DNA of 64,000 nt from NCBI GenBank assembly GCA_907165135.1, contig OU015566.1, forward strand, positions 13,640,001-13,704,000, in the 5' to 3' direction. Origin of the DNA: Oikopleura dioica. Taxonomy: Eukaryota; Animalia; Chordata. Below, in pieces: positions 35,101-47,637 of this stretch (its first letter is position 1; each line of letters opens with the position of its first letter). The notes below the pieces were generated by a model. It did no database searches. It worked only from the letters and a program-made list of their open reading frames with translations, and was not told the DNA's origin. A program made the position numbers and the translations under genes.

Positions 35101-38100
35101 GTCAGAGCTAGAAGTGCAAGTAAAACAAATTATCCAAATCGAGCGCAAGATCAAGCAGCTCATCCATCAAGCTCGCGAGGGCCGGACCGACTCCTACAAC
35201 GAGCTCATAAAAGGGATGACGGTTCAGCTCAAGTCCAAGAAGCAAACCTTACTCGACTGCCTCAACGACATCTTGTCCTACTTCCATGATCGTCTTCGAA
35301 GCAAAGACACTAGAACCTTCAAATCAAAGCACGTCCACGGGATGTTAAAAGCGATGTCTGATGCTGAAGGAGAAAACTCGGATTACGGTACTTTCGGGCG
35401 AATAAACCGACGACTGAAGAAACTGGCCCTCAATCGCCCTGAAGTTCTCCAAGGAAATCAATCAAAATGGCAATTCGAACTGCAGCGCGTCTCAAGGACC
35501 GTGGATGAATATCTTCGGATGGCGATGCCGCCGACCATGAGCGGCTCGGAACTAAACGACTCGATGAGCAGCATGGGAACGTTGCCTCGCGGTGGAGGAA
35601 CATTAAATAGGGCTGGCCAGAGTGCTAATGGCGGCCACGTGCGTCAGCATAGCGGCTTTTCCAGCGATGATTTCAGCAGAAATAACTCAAGCGTAAGTTC
35701 TTCTCTTCATCAGAACCTCTTTCTTCTTATAAAAATATCGACGGATATACCCTTAATTCTGCTTCTAAAAATAACCAACCGTAACTTCGCTGCGTTTTGA
35801 CCTCATAAGAAATACCTGGAGCCAACTTGCCAGAGCAAAAACCTCCTACCGCGCTATTTCCTTCCATAATCATCCTTTTAATATTCTAGTTTTCGTCGCA
35901 GACTCTGGATCGCCGTCGCGGTCGGCCACAGCGGGGCGGCTGGGATCCCAACCGGTCCAGATCGCTGGAGCGGGGAAAGAAGGGCGAGATGGACTCGAAC
36001 TTGAGGAACGCCGATTCGGGGCTGGATTTGGACGACTCTGGGTCAGGAGGTGACACTTTGCCAGGCAGAGGTGGCGGTGGTCACACGACGAGAGGTAAGA
36101 ACATGCATTTATACGGGGATCTCGCTGTTTTATACAGAAACAAGGGTAGTTTTGAATAAGAACATGAAACATGGCTGTTAGAAAAGATTCGGGGGTTGCA
36201 TAACTTTCCCCTCAAAAGTTTCCAACTAAGGGTATCTCCCCAAAAACAGAATAGAAGGGCACCTCTATCCTTCATTTTATTTGATGGCACAGGTTGTCAG
36301 GGCGTAATCGACCTTTGATGACATTTAACACCTGTGAAGCTGGCTACCCAGATCCGAGCTAATCTAATTTCCGGTCTAAACCTGTACGAGCACCTTTTTA
36401 CTGTAGCCTCGAGAGAATATTTTGACTTTGAGTCTTTGAAAAAACACGACGTGCAAGTGTGGCAGGCGATAATTTCGTCGCCAGTGACATGTCTCGCATG
36501 TCGCACCTGTGAATCCAGGAAAAGACGAGTATTGGTGTGAACGGCCAGTCCCATGACCTGATTTGCGGGAAAACTAATCAAGGGAGAATTCTAGCACTGA
36601 GCTTCTTCCCCTTTTTGAGGCAAGAAAAGCTTCCTTTTGACCAAGTTTTCAAGGATTTTTTGCTGACAGAAGCGAAATCGATCTGTTTAAAAATGCGGAT
36701 TGAAAATTCCATAATCGCGTCAGTCCAAAAACTCTCACCGACCGGAAGTGAGGAAAATATTTAGAAATATCAATTTAACTCGTTAGAACCCGCTTCCCGA
36801 ATTCTTGTAGGAATTCCACTCCAGAAGCCGGTCGGTTATTTGAAAATCACGGATGAGCAAAATGCTTCTGGTGCTGTTTGCGGCTGGGCGGTATTTGAAG
36901 TTGAAAATATCAAATCAAACCTTCGAAACTAGCTTCTTTTTTGATCATTCTTTGAATTATGCAATTTCGCTTTTCTAAAAAACTCAGAAATTATAATTTC
37001 CAATTGGGATTTTGTCGATTCTTTATCGATAAAAAAAGATATATTTCTTGGCTAAGATGGTTTGATCGGGAAAAGCCTTTACTATTCAACTGAGAACAAA
37101 AATGAATTGCAAAGGAATAATATTTTTGCTGGAATAGGAGTTCTTCTGTTGCTTGGCTCGGCAACATGTGTAGAAAACCTGAGTCAGGGTTCTGAAAAGG
37201 TTTTCGTAAAAGCCGCTTTTTCCGAATTCTGACTCAGGTTTCCTGATCACGAGTTGCCGAGCCTAGTCTGTTGCTTCTTCTGTTGCTGACGATTTTTTAC
37301 TTAACCCCTGATCGTACTGTATTCTTCATACCATTTGACGTAAAAAGACCATTTTTAGGCTCCTAGATTTTTGAATAAAAAAACTTTTGGTACAGATTTA
37401 GGGCATTTTTGATTATCCAATCGTAAAACAGTCTAAAATACAGTGATAACCCATTTTAAGGCCGGCCCTTTTAAGGGGCGGGTCGACGAGAATCGGAATT
37501 TTTAAACCAATTTTCCCGAAAAACCCGATTCTGTAAACATATTTTGACTTATCAGGTGAGAACAGAAGGGTATTAAGAAGACAGCGGCAAGGAGTTTCAC
37601 GAGTTTTTGCAGGAATTTCGTGCACTTCATTACCAAATGTGGCATGAAAAAAATAGCGAAAAAGTCGCAAAATTGCCAAAATTGCGATTTGGGGTCCACT
37701 TCGAGACACGATTACGCCCATTTTTTCTAGACAAATTTTTTTCTAGTTTTCGCCGCTGTATTTTTCAAACCCTTTTCTACCCACCTGACCAATCAGAATT
37801 TTTCATTCAAAGCTAGTTTTTCCGGAATTTTGGTTGAAAAAATCCCGATTCTCGTCGACCCCCCCCTTAAGGCCACTTTTTCGGTAACCGGTGAAAATAA
37901 TTCGTTGGAACGAATAATTCGTTAGAAAAACGAATAATTCGTTATATAACGAGTCAAAGTCCTATAAAATCAGAATCTATATGCGCTCCGCGCCTGATTT
38001 GATAGAGAAACTCATTTTTGAGGATGTTATCTTTCCACCTAACCGCGCAGACAGTCAGTAAAAAACATTTTTTTACGGAGGAAAACGAATAATTCGTTGC

Positions 38101-41100
38101 AACGAATTATTTTCACCGGCGACGCACTTTTTCGGAAAATCCCCAAAATCTGTCATCCTCAAAAAATCCATTTTAAGGCCACTTTCTTTCGATTTTTATT
38201 CGAAATTCGAAAATTGCAGTATTACTGAAAAAGGCTTTTTTTATCTTCGACTGCGTGATGCCTCGTGGTTTTAGCTTTATTTTTCTTGTTTGGTACTCTT
38301 CGACGATTTTTTCTCGAATTTTTCAATTGACGATGATTTCTTACGGTCCTGTTTGAATTTACACTAAGATTTTGAGTCCAATAGTTTCAATCTATCACTA
38401 TATAGGCGTGCAAAAATACGCAGAGGAATGTCTTTCGAAAAATCTCAGTGATTGTCTTCACAACACTATTCTTTGACGTCTTCATTCGAATCTCTTTACA
38501 TCTTTTTTTCTAAGCATTTGTCATGTTGATCCTTTTTCAGACGTGTTTTTAGAATATTATTTTTGATATAATTTTTGATATAAAAAGGCCACGATTCAAA
38601 CATTTTTCGGGCAAAAGAAATATGCGATAATTCTATGAACCCTCATTCATCATTTTTTATCCCAAGAAAGGAAAAAATTTGTTGTCATCCGACTCGAGAC
38701 AAAAAATATCCATTTTAAGGCCACTTTCGAAACTCGCTGTCATCCAAAAATCGGCCTTAAAATGGGTTTTCACTGTACCCGATCAGACTCAGAAATTATT
38801 TATTCCGACAGACGGCAATACGGTATCAAATTGAGGCCGCATATTGTCCGCTTTGGTCGAATGTTACTAAATTGAAAAATCGGCTAAAGAGATGGATTGT
38901 CAGGGGATAATTTTTTCGCTGGATTTGGCATCCTGCTTCTTGCGATGAGCTTACTGTTACTCCTTACTTTTCATCTCAAATTCGGAATCTGATTCTCACC
39001 AAATAAAATTGATATAGAAGTGGACAAACAAAAAAGTTTGTTGGGGCTTAAAACAGACTATTAGAGTACTAGCTAGGAGATTGTGGCTAATCCAGGTTCC
39101 GGCGAAACAATAAACGGCGGTAAAATAATACGTAAGATGAAGAAAAGGGCGATTAGCAGCAACTTGTAAAAGGATAACATTCTGGTTTATCGACAACCTC
39201 CGCATTTTTCGCCTCGTAAGAGTATTTTAAACACCCTTTTGATTATTGCTGTCCACGTTTGAAATAACAGCATTAGTTGGAAAAGACAGAAATTTGGGAG
39301 ATAAACAGTTGGGGGTAAGGGGAGTTAGGAAGGGATAGAATGGATTTGATGTCAGTCAGGTTTATCGCTGTTATGCGAAAAACTGATTCATCCCTTTTTA
39401 GAAAGATATCAATGATCGGATCATTTGAGGGTGGATTTCTTTTTCTTGTGATTTTTTGATTGTTAAACTTCGGCTGGCTACCATAGACAGAATTATTCGT
39501 GGTGATTTTATTTCATTCCATTAAAATATCAAGAAAAAATATTCTCTGTTTCTTCTCTTTAGATGTTATGGTTATTTTTTTATTGTTTCTAGCGTGCACG
39601 AAATTCTATATTGGAGCCCCAAGTAATGTTCCCTAGTCACGTTACACTCGTCTTTTCAAGGGTTTATGAGAATCTCGATGTAATCTGTGTGGCTCTACTC
39701 ACTAGTAAGTAGCAGTAGCGTCCGGGAGTGTCAAACATGGTACGCATGCTCGTTTCCTACTTCTGAGTGTCTGGCGGCGTTGATATGCATCTCGGTGACG
39801 GAATGGCCCCTTGGGATGAGTCTTTTATCCCAAGTGCGTCCAGCCCGCACAGGAAACGAAATAGAAGGCGATTTCTCAAGTCGGTAATTTTTTTTGTTCA
39901 GGACGGCCGCGAGAACGCGCCTCGATCAAGCTGTACGTCACAACGAGCTCAGACGACGATGGCGGATACCGCGCTAATCAACGACTTCGCGGTGAGTTTT
40001 TCTCTAAGCCCATTTACAGGATCAACGGATGGATTTTCTTCTAAAAAAACCGTGCCTCGCCGATAAATTAGAATCCTCACACTTGGCTTTGCGTTCATTA
40101 GTGACTGGGGAGGACTCAATTTTGCGAAAACCAAAGTGTTTTCAAGTGTAGTTTACTCGTCAAATTAACATAGTGACACCCTTATTTTATTTCACCAAAA
40201 AAAAGCTACCCTCATAAATAAGATTCTAAAATAAAAAAAATTAAAAAAAAAAATTAATTTAATTAATTTTAAAAATTTTAAAAATAAAAATTTCTAAAAA
40301 ACCTTTTCTTTGTCTAACATTATAATTCAATTAAAATTTCTTGAATAAAATTTAATTAATATTTTTCGTTAAATAAATAAAATAATTAATTAATCAAAGA
40401 ATGAATCGATAAATGAAATAAGGGTGTCATTATAATAATTTCAGCGGGCAAAAACAATAAGAAAATCGCTTTAACGATGTCTACCCCCTTAAATCCTTGT
40501 AAAACATAAATCAAAATCTCAATACTTTGGCTGTCAAATCAACCCTTTTTCAGAACAACCAACGGAACTTCAACGCAAAACGGAAGAAACCAAACAAATG
40601 AAAAAACATCTCGAAAAACTGCAACGCGAAATTCAAGAGACGCGAAGTTCCAAGTCGGATAAAGAGCGACAATTGAATCAAGAACGAGCCCGTATTCAGG
40701 TAAAAAAGAACGCGCTCTTTAGCCGAGAAATTTTTAATTTGAAGAAACAACCAAGCGTCAATTTGGCCTCGTTTAATTTGAACCTCGGCAGATAGGCTAA
40801 GTCACCAAAATTGGTGGCTCGGGGGGTGTTTTTTCTAGAAAGAAAAGCAAAAAGCTGTGATAGAAGTGACAGTCCAGCGATAAGACTGTTTTCTAAAAAG
40901 GGGATTATACAAGTTGACATAAGAAACAGTAGTTTTAGACGAGAAATTCCATTATTTCGACATATTTTTTGACTTTTACGACTAAAATTTTGATTTTTTT
41001 GACAAAAATTTTGATTTTTTCGACTAAAATTTTGATTTTTTTTGACTAAAATTTTGATTTTTTCGATTAAAATTTTGATTTTTTCGAGCAAAATTTTGAT

Positions 41101-44100
41101 TTTTTCGACCTGATTTTGGATGTGTTTTTTGACAAAATCTTCGTACCCCTAACAGCACCTTAAAAATTCTCTTCAGAAAATGCAGCGGGCGATGGCAAAC
41201 GGCCTGAGCGAAAAAGCCGACTTGGAAGCAGAACTGATGCGTCTCCGCGAACAACTTCGATCTGGCGAAAGTGGCCGATCCAGAAACGTCGCAACGCTCC
41301 AAACTAGAATCTCCGAAATGTCCCAGCGAATCCACGACGATAAAAGAGAAATTGACTTTGCGAACGAAAAGATTGCCCAAATCACTGCGGAGCTCAATGG
41401 AAACAGAAGAACTAGCGAGCGACTAGAAAGAGCAAAGCACGAACTTGAAGAGCAGCTGAATCAGTTGACGATTCAGCTGATGGCGGAGAGGAAGGAACTG
41501 AGATCGCTGCAGATGGAGAACCACAGATTGGAGAACGAACTGAGCGAGGCGAGCCAAAGATTGGAGACTGAAACGGAAAGGTCGAAAAGGACGGAAAATG
41601 ATCTTCAGAAAGAAATGTCCAAGTTGATCGACAGTCTCAAGGATGAACAGGTAAGAGCATCAAGATCCATTCCTGAAGGTGAAATAAGGGGCTGGCGTCA
41701 GGAACCAACAAAAAAAATTCGACAAATTTTGCGTGGGCGGCTACTCGGCTGCAGATCTGACTGCGAGCCGAATCCGGGATTCTGATTGGTTTAAAATTTC
41801 CACGCAAAATTTGTCGAGATTTTTCGTCGGTTCCGGACACCTCCCCGAAATAAGGGGGTAACAATGATAACAGTGAAAAATTTTGCAGAGAATTTTGAAA
41901 AGCACTTGATGACTTGAGAGTCACGTGTTTGAGTATACAGTAGCAGAGGAATTAAACTGATTCGAATTCCTGAATAAATTGACCTTTTGAAACATCTAAA
42001 CAAAATAATCGCTGAAAACAATGCGCGGGTAATTTAATTAGCACATTGCGCCTCGAAATAGAATCCTTCCAAAAATGCGATGACCAAAATACTGAATTGC
42101 TCGTTTTAGAACAAGAATCGAACTTTGAAGAAGAAGGGCGGCTCGGCTGGGCGGGAAGTGAGCTCGCTAAAGGCGCAAGTTGAAGGGCAGAAAGTCAGAC
42201 TTGATGAGCTGCAGAGCGAGAATACCGAGCTACAGTCGCAGAAAAGGAAGTTGCAAGAGCTTCTCAATGGAGAAAAACAGGTAAATTTGAGTTTTACCGC
42301 GTTTTTCAAAGGCGGTATTTTTTAACCACGGTTAACCACGGTTGAATGGTAATTAAGAATAAGGGAGTTACCCCCTTATTCCTGAAAATATTAATTCAGA
42401 AAGACATTCCCTATAACAAACCGTGGTTAACCGCGGTTAACCACTTTTTTAGATTTTTCTATTAAAAAAAATACGGGTGTACCTTTCTTAATCCACGTAT
42501 ATCCGAATAAATGGATTAAGAAAGGTGTCCCCCTTATTTTATTTCATAATGATAAGCAACTGATAAGCGCCATTCTAGCTGTCCGGATAACGGTCACTAA
42601 TTACTTGCTGAGACGCAAGTTTATTTTTTGAAAAGGACCTTTATTTGAGAAAAGGACGGTATCAAACGTCGGGTCGTTTCGTCAGAAGTGGCTGCTCGTG
42701 CGGCCATGTTGCGTGTTATCACGAAATTCTGCAGTTACTCCATTTTCATTTTCAGTTTACTTCCTCGACGCTCGATTGCATCAAGAAAGAGCTGGAATAC
42801 ACGACTCAAGAACTGCAAATCTCCCGCGACAACGTTCAAAACCAAAAGCAGGAGTTTGAAAAGGAAATCCAGCGCCTCTTGTTTGATAACAGGTGAGTCC
42901 AAGATTATCCCTAGCTACACGTTTGATTTTAAACAAAGAAACTCTCAAGAAGGATAGGCAATAAACAGAGTGTTCATCTGGCATGAGTAACCATTATCAA
43001 TAATAATAATTAAATTCTTAATAAAAATTTAAACTCAAATATTCAATGCGAGTTGTGTATTTATGGGCAAAAATACAGCATTTGAAAAATAGACATAAAA
43101 AACTAAATTGTCGAATTAAGAATTAGTTTTTTATCTATAGTTTTAAGGTAAAAAAAAGGCTGGGGAATATCCCTCAAAATCGACTTTCCAGTATCCGATT
43201 GAGAAAGACGCTCTCCAGTCATAAAGAGAATAGTCTTTTAAAATGGAGTCGGCATGATAAAAGATTAGTCTCCTTGAAATGATATTGAACTTGCAGAAAA
43301 AATCACAAAAAAACATTGGCTGAAATTTGAAATTACATCTGGACTACTCATAAAAACGGTTCCCTAAAATTTACCTAACATGTAAATTCACCTAGCGTAG
43401 TCCAAAGAAAAATGAGAACTTAAATTTTGAAAGGATTTAACAGCGTTTGGAATTTTTCCTAGCGCGGCTTGAAGAAACTTGTGAAAAAAAATCAGAACAG
43501 AAACATGAAAAGAATTTCAAAAGCGCTAGCCCGATATTTTTAAAAATCTCGCGATAATGCTTTTTGACAGGAATATTGGAATGTATGGCAGAATTTAGGC
43601 AAGAAAGAGTTTGAATTGAAGAAAATCATTTTTTATAGAACATAAGTTATGGAACATATCCTCCATAACTTATGGTCTATTAGCTGTCTATGGACTCTTC
43701 GATAGTAACATACTTTTCAGAAGTATGCTCAAAAGAAAAGCAACCATGAATAAAATGATCACTAGAAGGCTATAAACTGCAATTTTCTCTCCGTCACTCA
43801 TCCTTAAAGATTTAAATTAAATTTTAATAAAAAAATTTTTTTGGCGGTGAATCACCTTAAATAAGCGCAGACAGACATCACCCCGAGAAATATCCATGGT
43901 TTCTCGAGTACAGATTTCACTTCTTGCGCAAATTCTGCTATATCTTTGAAAATTTTCCTAACGTTCGTTAGCATGCTAAATAAAAATTACCATTGCTAGC
44001 CAAATTTCAAATCGGGAACCCATCATTTCTCAAATTATTCGACTCGTCCTTTAATTTATATTTCTCTACCTGATAATAATTGTCGAATTGTGTATGCTTC

Positions 44101-45572
44101 AATTCGAATCAACGCCTGATATGTATAGAATGAATATTTGCTCCCAATGTATATCTACCGGTTGAAACAATGACCATTCCATGAGCCGTCTTTTCGGCCA
44201 CGTGGAATTAAGCTTTGTCACTAAGCATAAATTTCTGGTACCTCCCTCATTGTTTCTTTCAGAGAAATCAAGGACCAATCGCGCAAAACCCAGCGAGAAT
44301 TGAGCAAAGAAATCAACTCCCTGACCGACGAGCTGAAGGACGAACGCGACCGAATCCACGAGCTCCAGAAAGAAAACAGAAAGCTCCGCCAAGAGGTGAG
44401 AAAAAGACCCCTATTCAAAGGTTCTTTATCATAATTTTTCCTTAGAACATCGAGCTGCAAACGAAGCTGACAAAGTTGGAGACCACGCGGGGGCGCATTC
44501 GCCCCGAGAATGTTGTCGATAACGGAACGCAGGTGGAGGATAATGTAAGTACCACACCCTTAAAAGGCCCCTGGACCCCACTTTGATTGTTTCTAGCGCG
44601 CTCTAATGATCATTTTTGGGTTCTTCAGAAAAGGAGCAATTTTCTTAAGGCTCTCCCTATCCAAAAATGACTAAAGTAGGACCACTTATTCTTACGGAAC
44701 TCATGGTTATTCATCGATTAGTTGCGTGGTCCGGAAATTATTTAGAACTCTCGCCACTCCAAATGACTCATTCTTGAGCACTTTAGCGTTCTTGAGCCGT
44801 TCCAAGTGTTCCAGTTTCCGCTGATTTAGAAATTTTCGAAGCTGACTAATCTTTCTTCCGCTAGTCCTTCACGAGAAAACGAGCTTTCGACTTTTACATC
44901 GACGAGGTTCAACGAGATGCGCATAAACTTCTAGGTAAGCAAATGCTTAAGAAAAAAATTCTATTCGTTTAATAAAGAACCATATATAGGGGTTGCACAG
45001 AAGGACGGTAGTGTAGTTTACCAATATTTATCGAGTAATTCTCGAAAAATAATTTTTATAAAGAAATTTTAATTAACCATTTTATGGTCTTCTTATTTTT
45101 AATAGTTAAAAACTCTAGAGATAGAGCAGTTTCGAAAATAGCAGACCCTGATCTGGACAGTAGACACATCAATTGGCCCTCTCAACCGGAGCCAACCGCG
45201 GACTATCTGATTCCGTGACCGCGTTCAATATCATATTTTTTCAAGCGCGGGGTTGAGATATTTGATGATACCGTTGAGTGCTCCAAATAAAACGCAACTA
45301 TCATTTTTCCATCTTCAAAAACTCGCTTCATCATCGTTCCATCCCCTTAACCTCCTTTTCTAGAGCGAGGCCGAAACATGGAGCGAGAAGTCAGCGCAAA
45401 AGCCATGGAAGCCGAGAGACGCATCGTCTCCCAATCCTCCAGCGCGATCAGCCCAATGAGTCCTCCAACTTCCCGCCGCGCTCAGCCGCCAGTTTCAGAC
45501 GAGCCGCCAAGTGCAACGAGCAATACGAAGCGAAAATTCAGCTTCAAAAAGCTCTCGATGACAAAGAAATGA
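32120..45572 (+). CDS. Large protein with a low-complexity head and myosin-tail-like coiled coil, cingulin/CGNL1-like; may be two genes or alternative promoters
   Basis: First exon MPNPDKRYGVAVRL. Ser/Arg-rich head at 33577-34134. Helical block at 35033-35690. Heptad-rich exons at 40560-40700, 41180-41650, 42125-42280, 42770-42893 and 44265-44530. Final exon 45362-45572. Confidence 0.6.
33296..33386. mobile_element. Short member of the GTGACACCCTTA foldback family
   Basis: gtgacacccttatt ... taagggtgtcac arms, matching the element at 8833. Confidence 0.65.
37155..37263. mobile_element. MITE with GGCTCGGCAAC termini (same family as 61851-62088)
   Basis: ggctcggcaac / gttgccgagcc and aaacctgagtcag / ctgactcaggttt inverted pairs. 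Confidence 0.8.
37441..38775. mobile_element. Non-autonomous pogo/Tc1-type element (1335 bp, TA duplication) with a nested element at about 37884-38123
   Basis: TIRs cagtgataacccattttaaggcc / ggccttaaaatgggttttcactg, with TA at 37439-40 and 38776-77. Inner TIRs ccggtgaaaataattcgtt / aacgaattattttcaccgg, with cactttttcgg on both flanks. Confidence 0.85.
40171..40432. mobile_element. AT-rich foldback of the GTGACACCCTTA family
   Basis: tagtgacacccttatttta / aaataagggtgtcatta arms. Confidence 0.7.
40978..41110 (+). repeat. Intronic minisatellite, unit of about 22 bp (aaaattttgatttttttcgact) x about 6
   Basis: Read directly. It explains the pseudo-periodic ORFs at 40696..41091 and 41024..41380. 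Confidence 0.9.
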
Positions 45573-45703
45573 TTCCGATACAATTGATGTCCTCAAGCTC
45601 AAAGAAAAACGACACCTTCAAGACACCTCAGTTCAATGCAGTTTCATTCCTAAAAAATATATAATTTAATTTATTCATGTGTTAAAAATCTTTCTTCGGC
45701 TTC

Positions 45704-45836
45704 AAAAAAGCCGCGTAAAAGCCGCTTGCGGCTTTTTTTGAAGAAAAAATTTCGCTTCCAAAAAAGCCGCGTGCGGCTTTTTCTTTTTATTGACTTTCTA
45801 ATATTATTGAATTAAAAGCCGCGCGCGGCTTTTTTT
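45704..45836. repeat. Cluster of AAGCCGC..GCGGCTT hairpins
   Basis: Three palindromic units plus a half-site. The same module occurs at 57870-57965 and 61905-62035. Confidence 0.75.
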
Positions 45837-47637
45837 ATAAAATCATCTTTTATCTTAATAATAAGGGCTGAAAATTCGAAATTCTAAATCAAAAGAACCC
45901 GATTGAAAATCGATGATTACAGAATTCACTGTAATTATGGAAATAAGTCGACCAATCCTAATTTATGCAAAATTCTATTAAAAAAAAGAAAGACCAACGC
46001 AAAAAATCGCCGCCGAAAGAAAAACACACATTTGAATAAACGCAAATTTTGTAAATAAATTTCTTCTGTACAAAAACGAATAAAAATCAAATTTAAAAGA
46101 TCTTTAGATAGATGAGTTTCTAAATGAGGTTCGTAACGTGAAGTTTTTGAGGTTTCCGGAGATCTGGTTTTATGTTCGCAACAAAGCACGTGAGCGATCG
46201 AACATTGATTTCAAAACGGCGGCGCTTTCTTTGATCTTGGAAGCGGGATTTGGAATCGAGTCTAAATTCGAATGCAGGAGTCGATTTAGGGCGGTTCTAA
46301 AATGATGTTTATAGAAATTCATGTTCCTGGGCGTTTACGGCCAACGTGGTTTAAATTTAAGAATGCTAGAGTTATTTGGATTACATAAAAGCTCAGGCGA
46401 TTATCAAACTCTCTCTCCTGCATAAATTTCATGCTCTTTTCAAAGAATTCGATTTCAGTGAAAACATTTATTTCTTTTGAACAAAAATCTCAAATAATTT
46501 CTTCGATTTGCATTCAATTTACAACAAAACATGGGGGCTTAAGATTTGGAGTTTGGATTCCTTATTGAAATTGGCCCAAGTGTTCTTAGTTAAATTGTTG
46601 CATTTCAAAATGATTTCAGTCAAAAAAAGAAGAAGGCGTTTTATATCATTCTCGATGTTAGATTTTATCCAGGTCATCTTTCCAGTTCATCAGTGATCAG
46701 CAAAATCCGAAAAATCAGATAGAAAGAATCAGCTCTTGTCAAGCTCTATTTACTTCAGCTTTCACGGTCGAGCCTCCTCTTCGCTTTAAAAAGCAGCTTC
46801 ACTGGTATTTATAAATGGAAATTGTTCTCAAACTTTTTAAAGAGAGAATCTTCTGATGGAATGAATATTTTTATTAACTGATGATCAAAAATAGTTTCCG
46901 CGTGGTAGAGTTTATGATGAGTCCGATCCGAGAAAATTTGTGAACAAACATGTGATTAACTTACACTTTCTTCAAATGAAGATCAGAAATATCAGTGTAG
47001 AATTTTTTTATGTCTTATGGAAAATTAGTAAAAATAAATGAAAACTATCTGGCTCCTTCTTTTTGACTTCAAATTTACCGCGACGCAAATTTATCATGGA
47101 CACCTTTTCATCAGATTAAGATTTTTCATCAAATCAGCGAAGCAGTAAGGTCTTATCTGCCCCTATTTTCACGGTTGCGCTAGAACTCAGTATAAAATGG
47201 ACGCAGCACTACTATGAACTCACTCATTTCTAAAATGAAATCATCACTATTTATATGTCAGAATTTAAAATTCTCAAAAATATTTTTTTATAAAATGAAA
47301 ATCAACAGTATTAGTGTAAAATTCTTTGATGTCTTCTTGCAAATCAATAAATAGATGAATCAAAATTATTGTACTTTGTGACCCTTCCAGCTTCGAACTT
47401 TCTGTCGCCCTCGATTACCGCGTTTGTTTTATGACGTTTGGGCTTGTAGATGTTTGACTGTTTGCATTCGCCTATGCATCACACAGATTCGCTCTTCTGT
47501 GACTTCTATTTTGGAAACACTATCGGCGTTTATTTCCAAAATCGAAAAAGTCGAAAATGAAGTAAATTCTGCTTTTTATATAATAAATATTGAGAGAGAT
47601 AACGGAAAATATAAGAAGAAGAAAAAGATAGAGAACG

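Noticed and set aside
40696-41380. Periodic Lys/Asn/Gln/Phe ORFs and possible CRISPR-like array
   Set aside because: It is a simple 22-bp minisatellite without unique spacers, in a eukaryotic intron, with no cas genes.
43130-43800. Possible degenerate retroelement or gene fragment in a long intron
   Set aside because: No sustained frame or recognisable motif could be supported by eye.
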